NCBI GenBank assembly: GCA_001179505.1
Contig: CDMY01000483.1
Coordinates: forward strand, 1-64,000
Length of the DNA stretch: 64,000 nt
Source: Vitrella brassicaformis CCMP3155
Lineage: Eukaryota; Protista; Chromerida
Direction: 5' to 3'
The stretch's first letter is position 1; the number at the start of each line of letters is the position of its first letter. The position numbers were made by a program, and so were the translations under genes. This document shows positions 47,926 through 61,384 of this stretch, piece after piece. Below the pieces are notes generated by a model that worked only from the letters and a program-made list of their open reading frames with translations, was not told where the DNA came from and did not search any database.

Positions 47926-49318
47926 TGCACTGGGACAGGCGTGAAAGGGGCGGAGGGGTGGGAGGGGTGGGGGTTCCGTGGGGACAGGAGAGGGAGGGGG
48001 CGAGGGCTGCCTCTTTCCTTTGCCTGAAGTGCCTTTTGCGCTGCTCTCACTCTTTTAATTAAGACCTATGTGCCACTTGGCCTTTATGTGGCTCTTGTGC
48101 TGGCGATGCGGTGCTGGTAGATAGCTGATCGGTGCCCCACAGATCCCCACGGTGTATACGTTTACGCTTGTCTGTACTCTGTAGCTATTACTAGATGTGG
48201 TGTCTGTGTGATGCATGGTGCCATGTCGTCATCGATCAGGGGAGGGACAGATGTGTGTGCTGTGCGCCGTGCTGATGAACGGCTGGGTCACATTATGAGT
48301 GACGTGAGCGGCTCTGTATTTGTCTACTGCTTCCTGGGGATGGTCCACGTCGCTGTGATGACAGTCTGCAAGCCGGCGGATCGAGGAAGAAGTTTTCCTG
48401 TGTGACGTACGTGTGTGCAGACATCCGTGTGTGTCAATCTTGCATTGTAGAGGCAGAGAACCAGACAGCCTCGCACTGCCCGTGATCAACTGGTGTGCCG
48501 TTTGTTTGATGACGGACGATTCGCTGTTTACTCTTTGATTCGCTCGCCGTATGCACGCGATTGATTGGCGCCGTGCTGGAAAAGGGTTTCTTGTGTTCCA
48601 TCGACAGGGCATGTGGCTGCCGTGGTGCATGTGTGGAGCGTGAAGTCTTTTGATGCATGCGACGATGCAAGCAAGACGGTCATCGTCTGTGTGCCGTCGA
48701 TGGACGGGGGGATGGAGGGAGCATCTGTGTGTGTGTCATTCGCTTCGCCTGTCTGTCTGTGTGTCTATCGTGTGCACTGATCACGATCATGGTCCATCTT
48801 GTGCGTATAAACCAATCAAATGTCTAAAGCAATCAGCCCTTTACGCGATACTTACTGTACGTGTCCATCATGGTGGCTGCGTGAGTGAAGGAATGACTGC
48901 CATCTGGCCAGTGGCACACCATGACCGACATGCACAACCTTAACTCTGCCGGCCCTTTTGCGATGTCATGACATCGGTCTGTGCAATGGATGCTTGGGTG
49001 AACAGTGAGTGTTTGCATCGGTCTATTGCGTCTGAGTGTCTGCACAGAACGACCGGTACCTGCACCTGCACAGAACCGTCCGTCCAGGGTGACGACAGCA
49101 AACACAGCCAGAAGCACCGCCTTTTATGAATCAAACAGCCGCCATGTTTCGGGAGTCGCCCACCACACTGCTTGTGAGGATGCCGGCGGGTCCAACAGGC
49201 GACAAATTGCCCAGTCTGTCGGCGAGTGCCGGATCGCACTTCCTGTTTCAGCTCGCATCTCCACGGCTCGAGCGGCTCGTCTGTTGTCCTCCGTCCCCAT
49301 CTCGCATCGCCGGCAAGC

Positions 49319-51145
49319 ATGAGAGGCGTCGACGCCGCCAAGCGGCTGGTGGCCGAGCTGGAGAAGCGAACTCTCATCGTCAACAGACTGATCACTGCCA
49401 GCGGCGGACAGCTGACGGTCACTGAGCCGCTGGATGGCGAGATCGAGGTCAACGTGGGCGGGACGGTGCTGTGTGTGCCTCGCAAGCCGCTGCTGCTGCC
49501 CGGCGTGAGCGACTCGTTCATCGCCTATCTGCTGCTGCACCATCTGGATGGGCTGCCCAAGGACACAGAGGGCCGGCCATTCCTGGATGCTGACCCGATC
49601 TATATCGACTGGTGAGCCAGTCGACACACACAGAGGGGAGGGAGAGCGGGAGGGAGGGAGGGAGGGCAGACGAACTCAGATACACAATGCATGCTGTCCT
49701 TCTGTTGTGTGTTTCTTGTGTCAGGCTGTTCAATGAGATTGCCAACGTCGGTGCTGCGGATGCGCAGGCCGAGACTCACGAGATCAAGCTGACAGGTGAC
49801 CACAGCACCGACGTGTCATTCCTTTTCTGGCATGAGCTCCTCTTCAACAACAAGACACAGCTGAACACCAATGGCCAAGATGGCCAACAGACAGCCACTC
49901 CCGACCCGCACGACACCAACACCCTTCTAGCCGCTCTCAGCCACAGCTCCGCGAACCTCACGAAAGCCTTCAAACAGGTGATGGACGAGCACCAGCAGCT
50001 GCTCAAGTTCCACCGAGTGATGGGGCCGTTCCTCAAGTCGGCTGATGGCCAAGGCGATGAAATCAAGAGCGTGCGTGTGATGGGCAGGACGGTGTCGACC
50101 ACCGAGGCCACACTGGCATTCATCGGCACCGACAAGCGACTCTACACCACTTTTGACAAGTGACAGAACGACGAGATGGGATACACGTAGAGGGGCATTC
50201 ATCTCATTGGCCGCTTCTTGTGTGTTGCAGCATCGAGGCGATCTCGTGCATCTCGCCCGCCCACTTCATGAAGGTCGTCGACTTCGCTCGCCGACAACGT
50301 GTCGCATCCGTCGGCGGCATCGTCAAGCCGCCCACCGCCCCGAATCAGCGACAGCTCACCACCGACTGCGGCATGTACGGCCTCACCATGGCCGACTTCC
50401 ACAAGCCCTTGCTGTGGGCCGACGAGCTGCAGTGGATCATCGACAACATAGGCAAGGGCAACGTCACAACCACACTGCTCTTCAAGTGAGTGGCAAAAGG
50501 AGGCGTGTGGGTGCGGGAGGGGCTGCATCGTGTGTGTATGTCGATTAGGTCGAGTCGCGACACGTTTGCGTATGCCTCCTTCCTCAACAAGGTGGCGTAC
50601 AAGAGCGGCCTGCTGTTCGCCATCCGAGACGGCGACACACACCGATTCGGGGCTTTTATTGACGGCGAGCTGACACCGCCAGACGATCCCAGACAGACGA
50701 GCGGCAGGTACAAGGTGCCCCTCTTCCTCTACTCGCTCTCGGGCGCGTTTGATGCGCTCACCAAGATCGAGATACCGGGGGAGGGTCAGGTGGTGGACGT
50801 GGCCGTCACACAGGGGGTTGTACCGAACTTGGAGGGGTGGCCGGCTGGGAGAGTGCGCATCGGTCGCTATTCTGGAGTACTCTGGCTGGGCACTTCCCAG
50901 CCTGGTCCTGTGCCCGACCTCAGCAGCTGCCAGCAGTGGATCAAGGAGGGGGAGCTTCCGGACGGATACAATGGGGAGATCAATACGCGCGGCAACGGAA
51001 CACTGGCGCAGTCGCACAACTTCACGTGCGATGAGATGGAGGTGTATCACGTGGAGGTAGCCCAGTGAGATGGAAGGGCAACGGGCACAGCTGCACGTGT
51101 GCGGATGCGTGTTGTCTGTGTCTTTTGCAGGTCAACGGCGCATGA
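49319..51145 (+). CDS. BTB x2 + TLDc protein, paralog 2
   Basis: GEIEVNVGGTVLCVPRKPLLLPGV..LPKDTEGRPFLDADPIYIDW; SVRVMGRTVSTTEATL; TLDc SSRDTFAY..HRFGAFIDG..LYSLSG..FTCDEMEVY. Confidence 0.85.
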
Positions 51146-51909
51146 TCCGACTGTCCATTGCACTCTGTGTCAAGCAAATGGGAGGCCGGCTGTTTGTTTC
51201 AACCAAGGCATGTTTTCCGACTTTCTTTATTCTGTCCGTGTGCGTGCAATTTGTGTGCGTGTATGTGTTTGTGGTTTCTCTTTTCGATGCATGTTGAGTC
51301 CTGGCTTCATATATGCAACGCGGCTTGTAGCCCATCTGTCGCCACGACAGACAAGGAGGAGAGAGAGCTCTGATGCACACCACACAGCAAGCGCCGGATG
51401 GCCGTGGATGTGGTGATGTGCGTGTGGCTGACATGCATGTCTGACACGTGTGCGTGTGTCGCGTTGCGTGCCTTTGCACGTGTGTCGGCCTGATTGCTGT
51501 TTCACGTTTCATGTGCACCGGACGCATCGACACAGAAATGATGGGATGCTGTCACTTTTTCTCCAGCCTTTGCTGCCTTGTATGATGCGGCGGGGATCGA
51601 TCCCTCCTCCCCTTGAGCCTGTTTGACTCTGCCTGCCTGCTCATGGGACTGTACATATTTGTATGAGTGCTACGGTTGATGCAATTGAGTTGTCATGCTA
51701 CGCGGGTTTTCTCGCTGACACTGTTGTGAAGTGCATGCAGAGCGGTGCAACCCCGTTGATGGAGCACCGTCCAGGGAGCATCACCACGGCGCAATCAATC
51801 CGATTTCATGAGCGGGACAGGCCGGGAACAAACCTCAAACCCAGCGTCGCTTGCAGGGTTCCAAACCCTGCGAGCTTAGACGCGCCGCGAGGAAAGATTT
51901 TCGGCAACA

Positions 51910-54900
51910 ATGGCGGCTTCTGCGGACACGAACAAGCCACTGTCTCTTCCTGTGCTCCAGGTGATGCGAATGACTCACTCACGAGAGGAGATCACCACGT
52001 CACCTGTTTGCCTCTCTGTGCGTGCGCAGGATCTGATCAAGAGAGATCCTGAAGCATACAGAGAAGAGTACGGACACCGAGAGATGTGCACAGATGCACA
52101 AAGAGGGAAGGAGGGAGATGTGTGTTATGTGAGTTTGATCTGTGTGAGCAGGTATGAGTCGCAGGAGGCTCACTTCTCGTCGAGTCTGTCCATTTTGCGG
52201 CTGAAGCCCAACAAATATGACAAAGACTTCAACGAACTCACCATGTTCCTCGCACACGTAAGTACACAGACAGATGCACTCACACTGACTGACACACACC
52301 ATCAAATGGCAGGCACCTGTGTGTCTGTGGTGCGTGTGTGTAGGTGACGCCCTGCTACCAGAACCAGCAAAATCAGCAGCAGAACAGTGCCGCCGGTAAG
52401 TCGTTGTGTGTCTGCCATGTGTACAGGTGCAGCTGTTGACTGACACGTGTGTGTGTGTCCACAGGTGCAGCAGCGGCCACTACAGCCCAGCCTTCGTTCG
52501 CCGAGCGTCTGATAGGCCTCTTGCTGGACACGAGCATCGCCGGGCAGCTGCACGCCAACACCAGACAGGGCATCGTCAACGCACTCATACTCCTGCGCAA
52601 CAGGGACCAAGTCACATGCACTCGGTATGACGGTTCACACACATGGATGCCCTTGTGGATGGATGGATGGATGGACGTGTTGTGTGTGCGTGTGCAGCGT
52701 GTTGCCTGTGTGGTTTCACCTGTTTGCTCACGTCAATGACAAGGCAAGCAGAGAGAGGGAAAGAGAGACAGAGAGAGAGGCGCACTGCACTCACTGTGCG
52801 TGAATATGTCTGTTCTGCGGCCATTCCATGCAGGCTCTGCGGAAGCAGCTGTTGACCCACATAGTGCGCGACATCACCAAGATGAACAAACGCAACAAAG
52901 ACATGAAGGTCAGCCGGCCAGCGCCGCAGACACACACACTGCATGGACATATGTGTGTGTGTGTCTTCACACACAGGTCAACAACGCCCTGATAGCCTAC
53001 CTGAGCACCCACCTCAAGGCCAACAGCAACGCCATGTGCGCTAGGAAGGCCATCGCCGTCATGATTGAAATGCACAGGTATGCATCACACGCAAACACAA
53101 CCACACGCACATGCACACGCATTGGGTATCCATGCAGGCGGTCTGTGTGGCGTGACGCGCGTGTGGTCAACATCATTGCGGGCGCCACCCTGCACACAGA
53201 CCTGAAGGTCCGCAGAGCAGTGCACGTGTCCATCCATCCATCCATCCATCCATCCATCTGTGTGTCTGCCACAGGTGTCACTAGCGGCGGCGCACTTCAT
53301 GCTGGGCAACAAGACGAAGGGACAGGTGCCCTCACACACACACACACACACACACATCGATCACTCACACACGCACATCCGTGTTGGTTGATGCAGGATG
53401 ATGACGCGAGCGACGAGGAGCAGACCAAACACGACACTGCAGAGGTGACTGTGGGTGTAGTTGTAGGTGTAGGGAGAGAGTGTGTGTCTGCGTATCTGCA
53501 GGTTGCGCGTGAGATTGTTGGTGCCCGCAAGACAGCCGGGCGCATCAAGAAACTCAAAAAAGCCAAACTGGTACGCCTGGCACAATGCACCACCACGTAT
53601 GTGCTCTCGTGCACCTCTCTCTCTGTGTTGTGTGTGGTGATCGACACAGATGGTCAAGAAACAGGCGGAGAAGAAGAAAAAGAAGGCCAAGGGAGGTGAG
53701 CGCGCCACTCACACACTCAGGAATTCACACACGCATACACCTGTTGTGCACGCGAATGCAGGGTCCGATGGCGTTGTGAACTTCGCCGTGTTGGATCTGG
53801 TCTACGACCCGCAGACACTCGCCGAACAGATATTCGGTCGGTCGGTCGGTCAGCCGATGCACACGCGCACATGGTCATGTGTGTGTGTGGATGATTGCGT
53901 TGCGTGTGCAGCCCGTGTGCGCGGCAACAAGGAGCCCTTCTCGTTTCGACTGGTGCTGCTCAACCTGACCTCACGGCTCATCGGTCAGTGAGTGAATGCG
54001 TGTCTCTTCGTGGGATGGATGGACGAATGTATGGATGTGTGTCTCGTGTGTGTGTGTGTGTTCAGGTCGTCACCAGCTGTTTGTGATGAGTTTCTACTCG
54101 CACGTCATGAGATACCTCAGGCCGACACAGGTGCGTACGCACACAGACAGACAGACAAACAGACATGGGTGCACTCATGTGTCTGTCTACCATGTGTGTG
54201 TCTGTGTGCTTGTGTGGTGTGTGGTGTGTGGTGTGCAGAGGGAGGTGACGCAGGTGCTGGCGTGTGTGGCGCAGGCCACTCACCCACTCATACCGCCTGA
54301 CGAGGTGCGCCCGTACAACACACACACATACACACACTCATCTGCTTGCATGCGTGTGTGTCATCTATCCATTCATTCATCCATTCGCCAGCTGCATCCG
54401 CTGAGCAAGTGTCTGATGAACACGTTCGTGTCCGAAAACAACAGCTCACAGGTCATCGCCGTCGGCCTCAACGCGGTAAGGAACAGCACACGGCCCACTC
54501 ACATCCAAACAGACACACAAACACCCATGTGTGTGTGTGCGTGTGTGTGTGCAGATCCGCGAGGTGTGTGCCCGTGCCCCGCTGGCGCTTGACGCCGACA
54601 TGCTCGCCGATCTGTGCGAATTCCGCACATACAAAGACAAAGGTACCCATATACACAGAGAGAGAGAGAGGGAGGCAGCCACATGTGTGTAATGCGTGTG
54701 TGGGTGTAGGTGTGATGATGGCGGCGAAGGGTCTGATCAACCAGTATCGCGACACGTACCCCTCCCTGCTGCCGAAAGCCATGCGCGGCAAAGAGGGAAC
54801 CATGGCCGTCATCGCACACAAGGTACGTACCTTCACCCACCAGACACCCACCACACACGCGCACAACCCTCCATCCCTCTTCGTGTGTCTTGTGTGTGCC

Positions 54901-55991
54901 ATCAGGACAATCGTCCCCAGTACGGCCAGTCGACGGCCGCCACTCAGGTGGAGGGCATCGACCTGCTCGCCAAGAAGGCGCAGCAGCATGAACAAGAACA
55001 GCCCGAAGATGATGAGCAGGAACAAGACGAAGACGACGAGCAAGGAGACGGCCAGCAGCCAGACGAGGACAGCGACCTCGACATCGATGAGGACGACCTG
55101 GACGAGCTGCTAGACGATGACAGCGATGCTGATGAGGGCGAGGACGACCTGCAGGAAGAGGGCGAGCCGCGTGGCAAGGGCACCAAGCGCAAGAGACCAG
55201 ACGATGAGCAGCAAAGTACCGACACCACCAGCGCCGCCATGTTTGATCGCGTCCTCGGCCAAGAGGACTTCGCAAAGATCCGCAGGCAAGCACAAACACA
55301 CATACAGGCACCCCACCATAGTGTCATTTGTGTGTCCATTGCTGCATTCGTTAGGTTGAAGCTCAAGCACGACGCCGAGGTGGCCATGGGCGGCAAAGGC
55401 AAGAAGCCGTTATCGTCACAAAGGGCCGGTGGTGACGAGTGGGAGACCGACAGCGACGCTGAGAGCGATGCGAGCGGGTCGGAGGACGAGAAGAGCGACG
55501 ACCAGGAGGTGAGAATGACGCCACATACACACACACAAATGCAGAATGATGTGGTGGTGCAGGCTGACACCGATCGAGTGAATCCCGACGACCTGCGGGG
55601 CGTGAGCAAGAAGAAGCGGACTCGAGCAGAGAAGCTCGCCAGTGTGCTCAAGGGACGCGCTGACAAGAAGAAGAACAAAGGTCCCCTCCCAACACACAGA
55701 CGGGAGAGCAATCCATCCATCGCCGTCTGTGACGGGAGAGCAATCCATCCATCCCCGTCTGTGTGCACCGATGCAGGCAAGAACAAGGGCGCTGGTGATG
55801 CAGCGGCAGCGGTGGTGTCGATGCCGAATGCGGTCAAGAGCCGCAACAAGCCCATCATGATGGTGCGCAACAAGCGGGCCCTCCAGGACAAGAGAAAGCA
55901 GGATTTGCAGACCAAGGTGGCCGGCCTCCGCAAACACATCAAGAACCTGAGGATGAAGACCGGCGGCAAGGCCAGGAGACGCAAGAAGTAA
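51910..55991 (+). CDS. SDA1: Protein SDA1 homolog (60S ribosome biogenesis)
   Basis: LSLPVLQ-DLIKRDPEAYREE, MFLAH, LILLRNRD, VMIEMHRRSVWRDARVVNII, NFAVLDLVYDPQTLAE, LIGRHQLFVMSFY, VGLNAIREVCARAPL, YKDKGVMMAAKGLIN, acidic tract, basic C-terminus. Confidence 0.95.
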
Positions 55992-56616
55992 ATGCTTGTG
56001 CTTGGTGCTGCATGTGGTGCGAGTGAGAGGCTTTGTGTCGGTGGATTCTTCGTGTGAGCCGTCTGATCTCGATCGCGACGCAATCCGTGGCGTCTCGAGC
56101 TAAGACGCCATGGGTTAGGTCGCGATCGGCTGGGTGCACACACGAAGAATGAACGACACACGCAGACAGACAGAGAAGCAATGGATGGATGGACACTGCA
56201 TTCATGTCGTTGGATGTCAGGAGTTTCTGGTGGGTGTCTCAGCGGTTTTCCTGCTCCGATTGTGTGTTGTGAGTGAACGTCGGGATGTTTTTTGATTGAT
56301 TATCAAAGTGACGAGGCCTCAGTGGATAAAGATTGACACGCACACACATGAATGTGTCTGCACATGGACACGAACGAGTCATCAGGCCGTCATGCTGTCG
56401 GGTCTGAGTCAGTCGCTAGGAAGCTGGCTACACACTGCGGCCATCCATCGAGCTGCAGCAATGCTCCTCCGCCCTCCGTATACACATACCACCTGCAACA
56501 TACACAGAGAGAGAGAGAGAAGCGTCGGCTTGCCTCCTGTGTGTGATGCTGTGTGCTGCAGTGTTGTGTGGTCTCACCCTCCCTTGGCCGCTGTCTATGA
56601 GGGCTGTCAGATCGGT

Positions 56617-58647
56617 TCAGCCGCTCCTCACCTGCACACAGAACACATACAGCAGTGCCATCCACAGCCAGCCAGCCATGTGTGCCCTCCGTTCCCCTCA
56701 CACGCCCACCTGCCATATTATATATATATATATTATATATTTCCATCTCATCGCATGTGAAGTCCATGGACTGCGCCAATGTGCCGTGGCCCTGCCCAGT
56801 CTGCCGCCCCTTGTATCCCTCAGGCAAATGGTCTTTGTCGATCCACTGCTGGCAGCGGCTGAGGTCGGCCGCCGGACCAGGCCGAGCAAAGCCCAGCCAG
56901 AGATAACCGTAGCCGATGCACAGATTCCCATGCGGCTCGCCCTTGTTGTCCGTCACCGCCCCCTGTGTGCCGGCCACCTCCACCTGCTGCATGTCCTTGG
57001 GTATCTCGATCTTGGTCGGCGCATCGTACGCACCCGACAGCGCGTAGAGGAAGACCGGAACCTTGTAGAGGTTGGTCTGTGTGGGGTCAGCAGGTGGTGT
57101 GATCTGGCCGTCCATGAAGGCCCCGAATCGGTGAGTGTCGCCGTCTCGGAGGGCGAAGAGCAGGCCGCTCTTGCCGGTCACCTTGTTGAGGAAGGAGGGG
57201 TACCCGAACGTGTCACGACTCGACCTGATTGACACACAGAAGGACAGTGTGGTCTCGTCCTGTCAGCTGCCTTGGCGTGTGAGTGCTGCATCTCACTTGT
57301 ACAGCAGCGATGGCGCCACGGCGATTTTCTTGTCCGTCATCTTCATCACCGCCAGCCACTCGTCGGCCGTCTTGATCACAGCGGACGCCCCCGCCGCCCC
57401 ACCGACAGGCGGCACCGTGTTGAGGCCGTACATTCCCAGCTCGACGCCAAAGTGGCCTTCTCGTGCGGCGCCACCACCGGCGAATGGACAAAGCGGCCGG
57501 CCAGCATCACGGACAAACGGCGAGCAAAGTCGACAATGAGCTGCTGAAACCGGAGCGACGTCTGGCGCGCCTCCTGGTCGGGCCACTCATCGCTGAAGAA
57601 ACACACGCACACACACCCCACACACACAGGCACATGGGACACCACAGAAGATCCCCAGCCTTACGATCCTTACGGATTGTATCGCTTGACGAGGGCATGG
57701 TTTGGTCCGAAGTAGGCCAGACTGCGACGCAGGATCGACACCTGCTCGTTCTCCACCGTGAGTGTCATCACCTCGGTATCCTCATCGCTGCTATCCCCCT
57801 TGACGAACGACCGCATCGCCGCCAGGAAGGCCTCCATGCCCTCCTTCTGCTTCTGCAGCTCGGCAAGGGCGCGGCGGTAGCTGTTCATGTACTCCTCGAT
57901 CTTCTCAAACGCATCCTCGGCCGACGGCTCATTCGCACGCCCCCCCTCACCCTGCCCCTCCTCGCTGCTATCGCCCTTCTGTCCGCCCTCAACCCCACTA
58001 CTGCCCTCCTTATCGGCCATGTCGACATCCGCCTCGTCGCCGCCCTTCTCGCCTTCCTCTTCCTCGACCACATGCTGCATGAACAGCGGGTGGTACTCGG
58101 CATAAGAGGGGTCGTCGGCCTCCGGTGAATGGATGGCAATCTCGTCCAGGTGAGGGCTCTCGAGCAGCGCCAGCTGGTCACGCAGCCAGCGGAAATACGC
58201 CGGGTGCATCTCGAGGAATGGCAAGTTGTTCTCGTCCTTTGGCAGCTGGTCGGTGAAGTGCAGCAGCAGCGTCGAGAGGTAAGTCATCTTCATCTTGGGA
58301 TGAAGCAGTCGCTGAACTGAGATGAAGAAGACCGTGCCGCCCACGTTGAGCTGCAGCTGGCCGCTGGTCTTGTGCGGCTCCACCGTGCCGCCATTGGCGG
58401 TGAAGAGCTGCTTGATCTCCTCCGCCAGTCGTTCGATTTCGTCGTCTGCCCGGCTCCTTGCTGTCTCAGTGGCCGCTGCCAGCTCATCGAGCGATGTTGA
58501 GGCCTGTCGAATCGCCGAATCGCCCTCCTGCCGCCCAATGGTCACGCCGTGCAGCCGGGATGGAGCCGGCAACTCATCATCGGCTGCTCTGCCGTTCTGA
58601 TTCTTTCGCTTCTTGGAACCACCAGCAGCTGCTGCAGCGGCCGACAT
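56617..58647 (-). CDS. BTB x2 + TLDc protein, paralog 3 (C-terminal frameshift from an A/T insertion)
   Basis: QLQLNVGGTVFFISVQRLLHPKMKMTYLSTLLLHFTDQLPKDENNLPFLEMHPAYFRWL; TLDc SSRDTFGYPSFLNKVTGKSG..FTCDEMEI. Confidence 0.85.
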
Positions 58648-58735
58648 CGCTAATCAAACGCTAATGCGCTAATGCTCCCGGAGTTGCGAGCTTTGAGTGG
58701 ATCGCCGCAACGCTGAGGCAAAGGGCGTTTCCGTG
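58648..58735. promoter_or_regulatory. 88-bp head-to-head spacer with three CGCTAAT copies (putative bidirectional promoter)
   Basis: CGCTAATCAAACGCTAATGCGCTAATGC immediately upstream of ATG 58647 (-); ATG of paralog 4 at 58736 (+). Confidence 0.5.
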
Positions 58736-60788
58736 ATGTTTGCGAAGAAGCGCAAGGCGGAGGAGCCGCCCGAGTCGCCTGCGGACGACAGCGATGAGTT
58801 TGAGCCGCTCCCGTTCATCGGGAGGGCATCAGTCGACGCGCTGTTGAAGGAGGCCGACGAGGCACTCGCCGCCATCGAGCAGTCAGCCAAACAGATGCGC
58901 AAGAAGCTGCGGCAGCAAGCCAAGACGATCAAGGACCTGATCACGAGCAGCGGAGGACAGCCGAGTGTGACGGGCCCGTTGAGTGAGGAGATTGAGGTCA
59001 ATGTGGGCGGGACGGTGCTGTGTGTGCCTCGCAAGCCGCTGCTGCTGCCCGGCGTGAGTGAGAGCATCATCGCCTACCTGCTGCTGTACCACCTGGATGG
59101 GCTGCCCAAGGACACAGAGGGCCGCCCATTCCTGGATGCCGACCCAATCTACTTTGACTGGTGAGCCAAGCAACACGCACACAGACAGGGAGGGCTTGCA
59201 AACTCACAAACAATGCTGCCTGGCGTATCTGTTGACGTCAGGCTGTTTGACGAGATCGCCGGTGTCGGTGCTGCTGATGCGGAGGCCGAGAGCCACGAGA
59301 TCAAGCTGACGGGTGACCACAGCACCGACGTGTCGTCCCTCTTTTGGCACGAGCTCCTCTTCAACACCAAGACCGGCCTGGACATCGACATGCCCATAGA
59401 CGCAGCGCCGCAAGACGACGATGACGAAATGCAACTGGACGACCAACAGCAGCAGTCCAGCCAGCAGCAGAGGGAGGCGGCAGGAGAGCAAGATGAGGAT
59501 GAGGCTGCCGACCACATGGCGGGACTCGACACCGGCATCGCACGGACGGAGGCGTCACTGCGGTGCCTCGATGCGTCAGTGGGGCGGCTGGGCGAGGTGC
59601 AGCGGGGCCTGCTCAACTTCCACAAGCTTGTCAAGCCGCTGCTAGCGATGGGGGCGACTGACGAGGGAGGGGAGGGCGATCAGATAAGGAGCGTGCGCGT
59701 CCTGGGCAAGACCATATCGACCACCGAGGCCACACTGGCGCGTGTCGGCCGCGACAAACGGCTCTACACGACGTTCCACAGGTGGGTCACACAACACCAA
59801 ACAGATGGGCGGGAGAGGCACAATCCTCATGCCTGTGTCCTTCTGTTGTGTCTGCAGCGATTCGAGTGTGTCGTGCATCCGCCCCAACCATCTCATGAAG
59901 GTCATCGACTTCTCCCGCAGACAGCGCATCGCACCGCCCGGCACTTTGGTGAGCCCGCCTACATCGAGCGACGACAGGCAGATGCAGGCCGACACTGAGA
60001 TGTATGGGCTGAAGTACGAGCCCTTCTTCAGCGGCGTGGCTGGGGGCGACTTGGTCATCGAGACGGACGACGAGATGGCGGAGCTGCTCAACATGACGGG
60101 CAAGACCTCACCAATGCCGTTACTCGTATACAATTCAGCGAGCCACACACACACAGACAGCAGCGAGGGGGCCCTGAAAGATCTGCCTTCGGGTGTGTCT
60201 GTTCTGTGTGTGTTGTGTGTCGTCCCTCAGGGGTAGTCGCGACATGTATGCCTTCCCCAAGATGCTCGAGTGCGTGGCCGGCAAGAGCGGCCTCCTCTTC
60301 GCCCTCCAAGACGGCCATACACACCGATTCGGCTGCTTCATCGATGGCCCCATACAGACCAACGGCCCCTACGACGTGCCCGTCTTCTTCTTTTCGCTGT
60401 CGGGTGCGTACGAGACGCCGACCAAGATCGAGATACCGGAGAGGGACCAGTGGGTGGAGGTGGCCGGCACACATGGGGTGGTGGAGGACTACGATGGCGA
60501 GTCGCGTGCCGATATGTGCATCGGCTATGGTCGGCTTTGGCTTGGCTTTGCTCGGCGGCCTGGTCCGGCGGCCGACCTCAGCCGCTGCCATCAGTGGATC
60601 GGCAGGGATGAGCTGTCGGAGGGATACGCGGGGGAGAGGTATGACGGCGATGGCACGTTGGCGCAGTCCGGGGACTTCGCGTGCGATGAGATGGAAATCT
60701 GGCAGGTGAGTGCACACCCACTCATCTGTGTGGATGTGTCGATCCGCGTGTCTGTGGCTGGCTGGATGTGCAGATTTCCATCGGCTGA
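58736..60788 (+). CDS. BTB x2 + TLDc protein, paralog 4
   Basis: MFAKKRK; EEIEVNVGGTVLCVPRKPLLLPGV..DADPIYFDW; SVRVLGKTISTTEATL; TLDc GSRDMYAF..HRFGCFIDG..FFFSLSG..FACDEMEIWQ. Confidence 0.85.
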
Positions 60789-61384
60789 TGTTGTCTAACG
60801 TCGACGACACCATGCGAGCGGGCAGCAGGTATGTTGCAAAACAGCGAGGCGCTTGATAATGAAAACGATGCGTTTCGCTCTTGTCTCTGTCTGTGTTGCT
60901 GTGGTGCAGGTGGTGGATGTGTTGACGGATTGCAGAGAGCAGAGGCTGAACCGCTCTCTCACAGATGCCATATGCCATTTTTCGACGGACTGACGGTACC
61001 TGTCTGCATGTCTATGTGCGTGAGATGTGGGCATTCGATCATTCATCTCATGACGAGAGTGTCTGCATCGACCCATGATGAATGTGCAGCCATCCAACCA
61101 GCCAGCCATCAATCATCCACACGAATCAGTCAGAAGTTATCCCGAAAGGCCTCTGCCTCCGACTTGTGCCTGTCGGCGTCGTGAGTCGCCGATGGCCCAC
61201 AATCTGTGGCCGCAGCGTGCTGCTCTGTTGTTCTGAGCACCTGTCTGCAGCTGCGTGGGCTTAACCTTGTCTTTCCGCCGCTTTATGGAGGCAGCTTATT
61301 GAATGGGAGACGCACTGAAGCGCGCGGAAAAGAGCCCCCAGGAGAGCTTCGGGCCGGCGCCATTTTCGCTCTCTTCTCGCCGCA

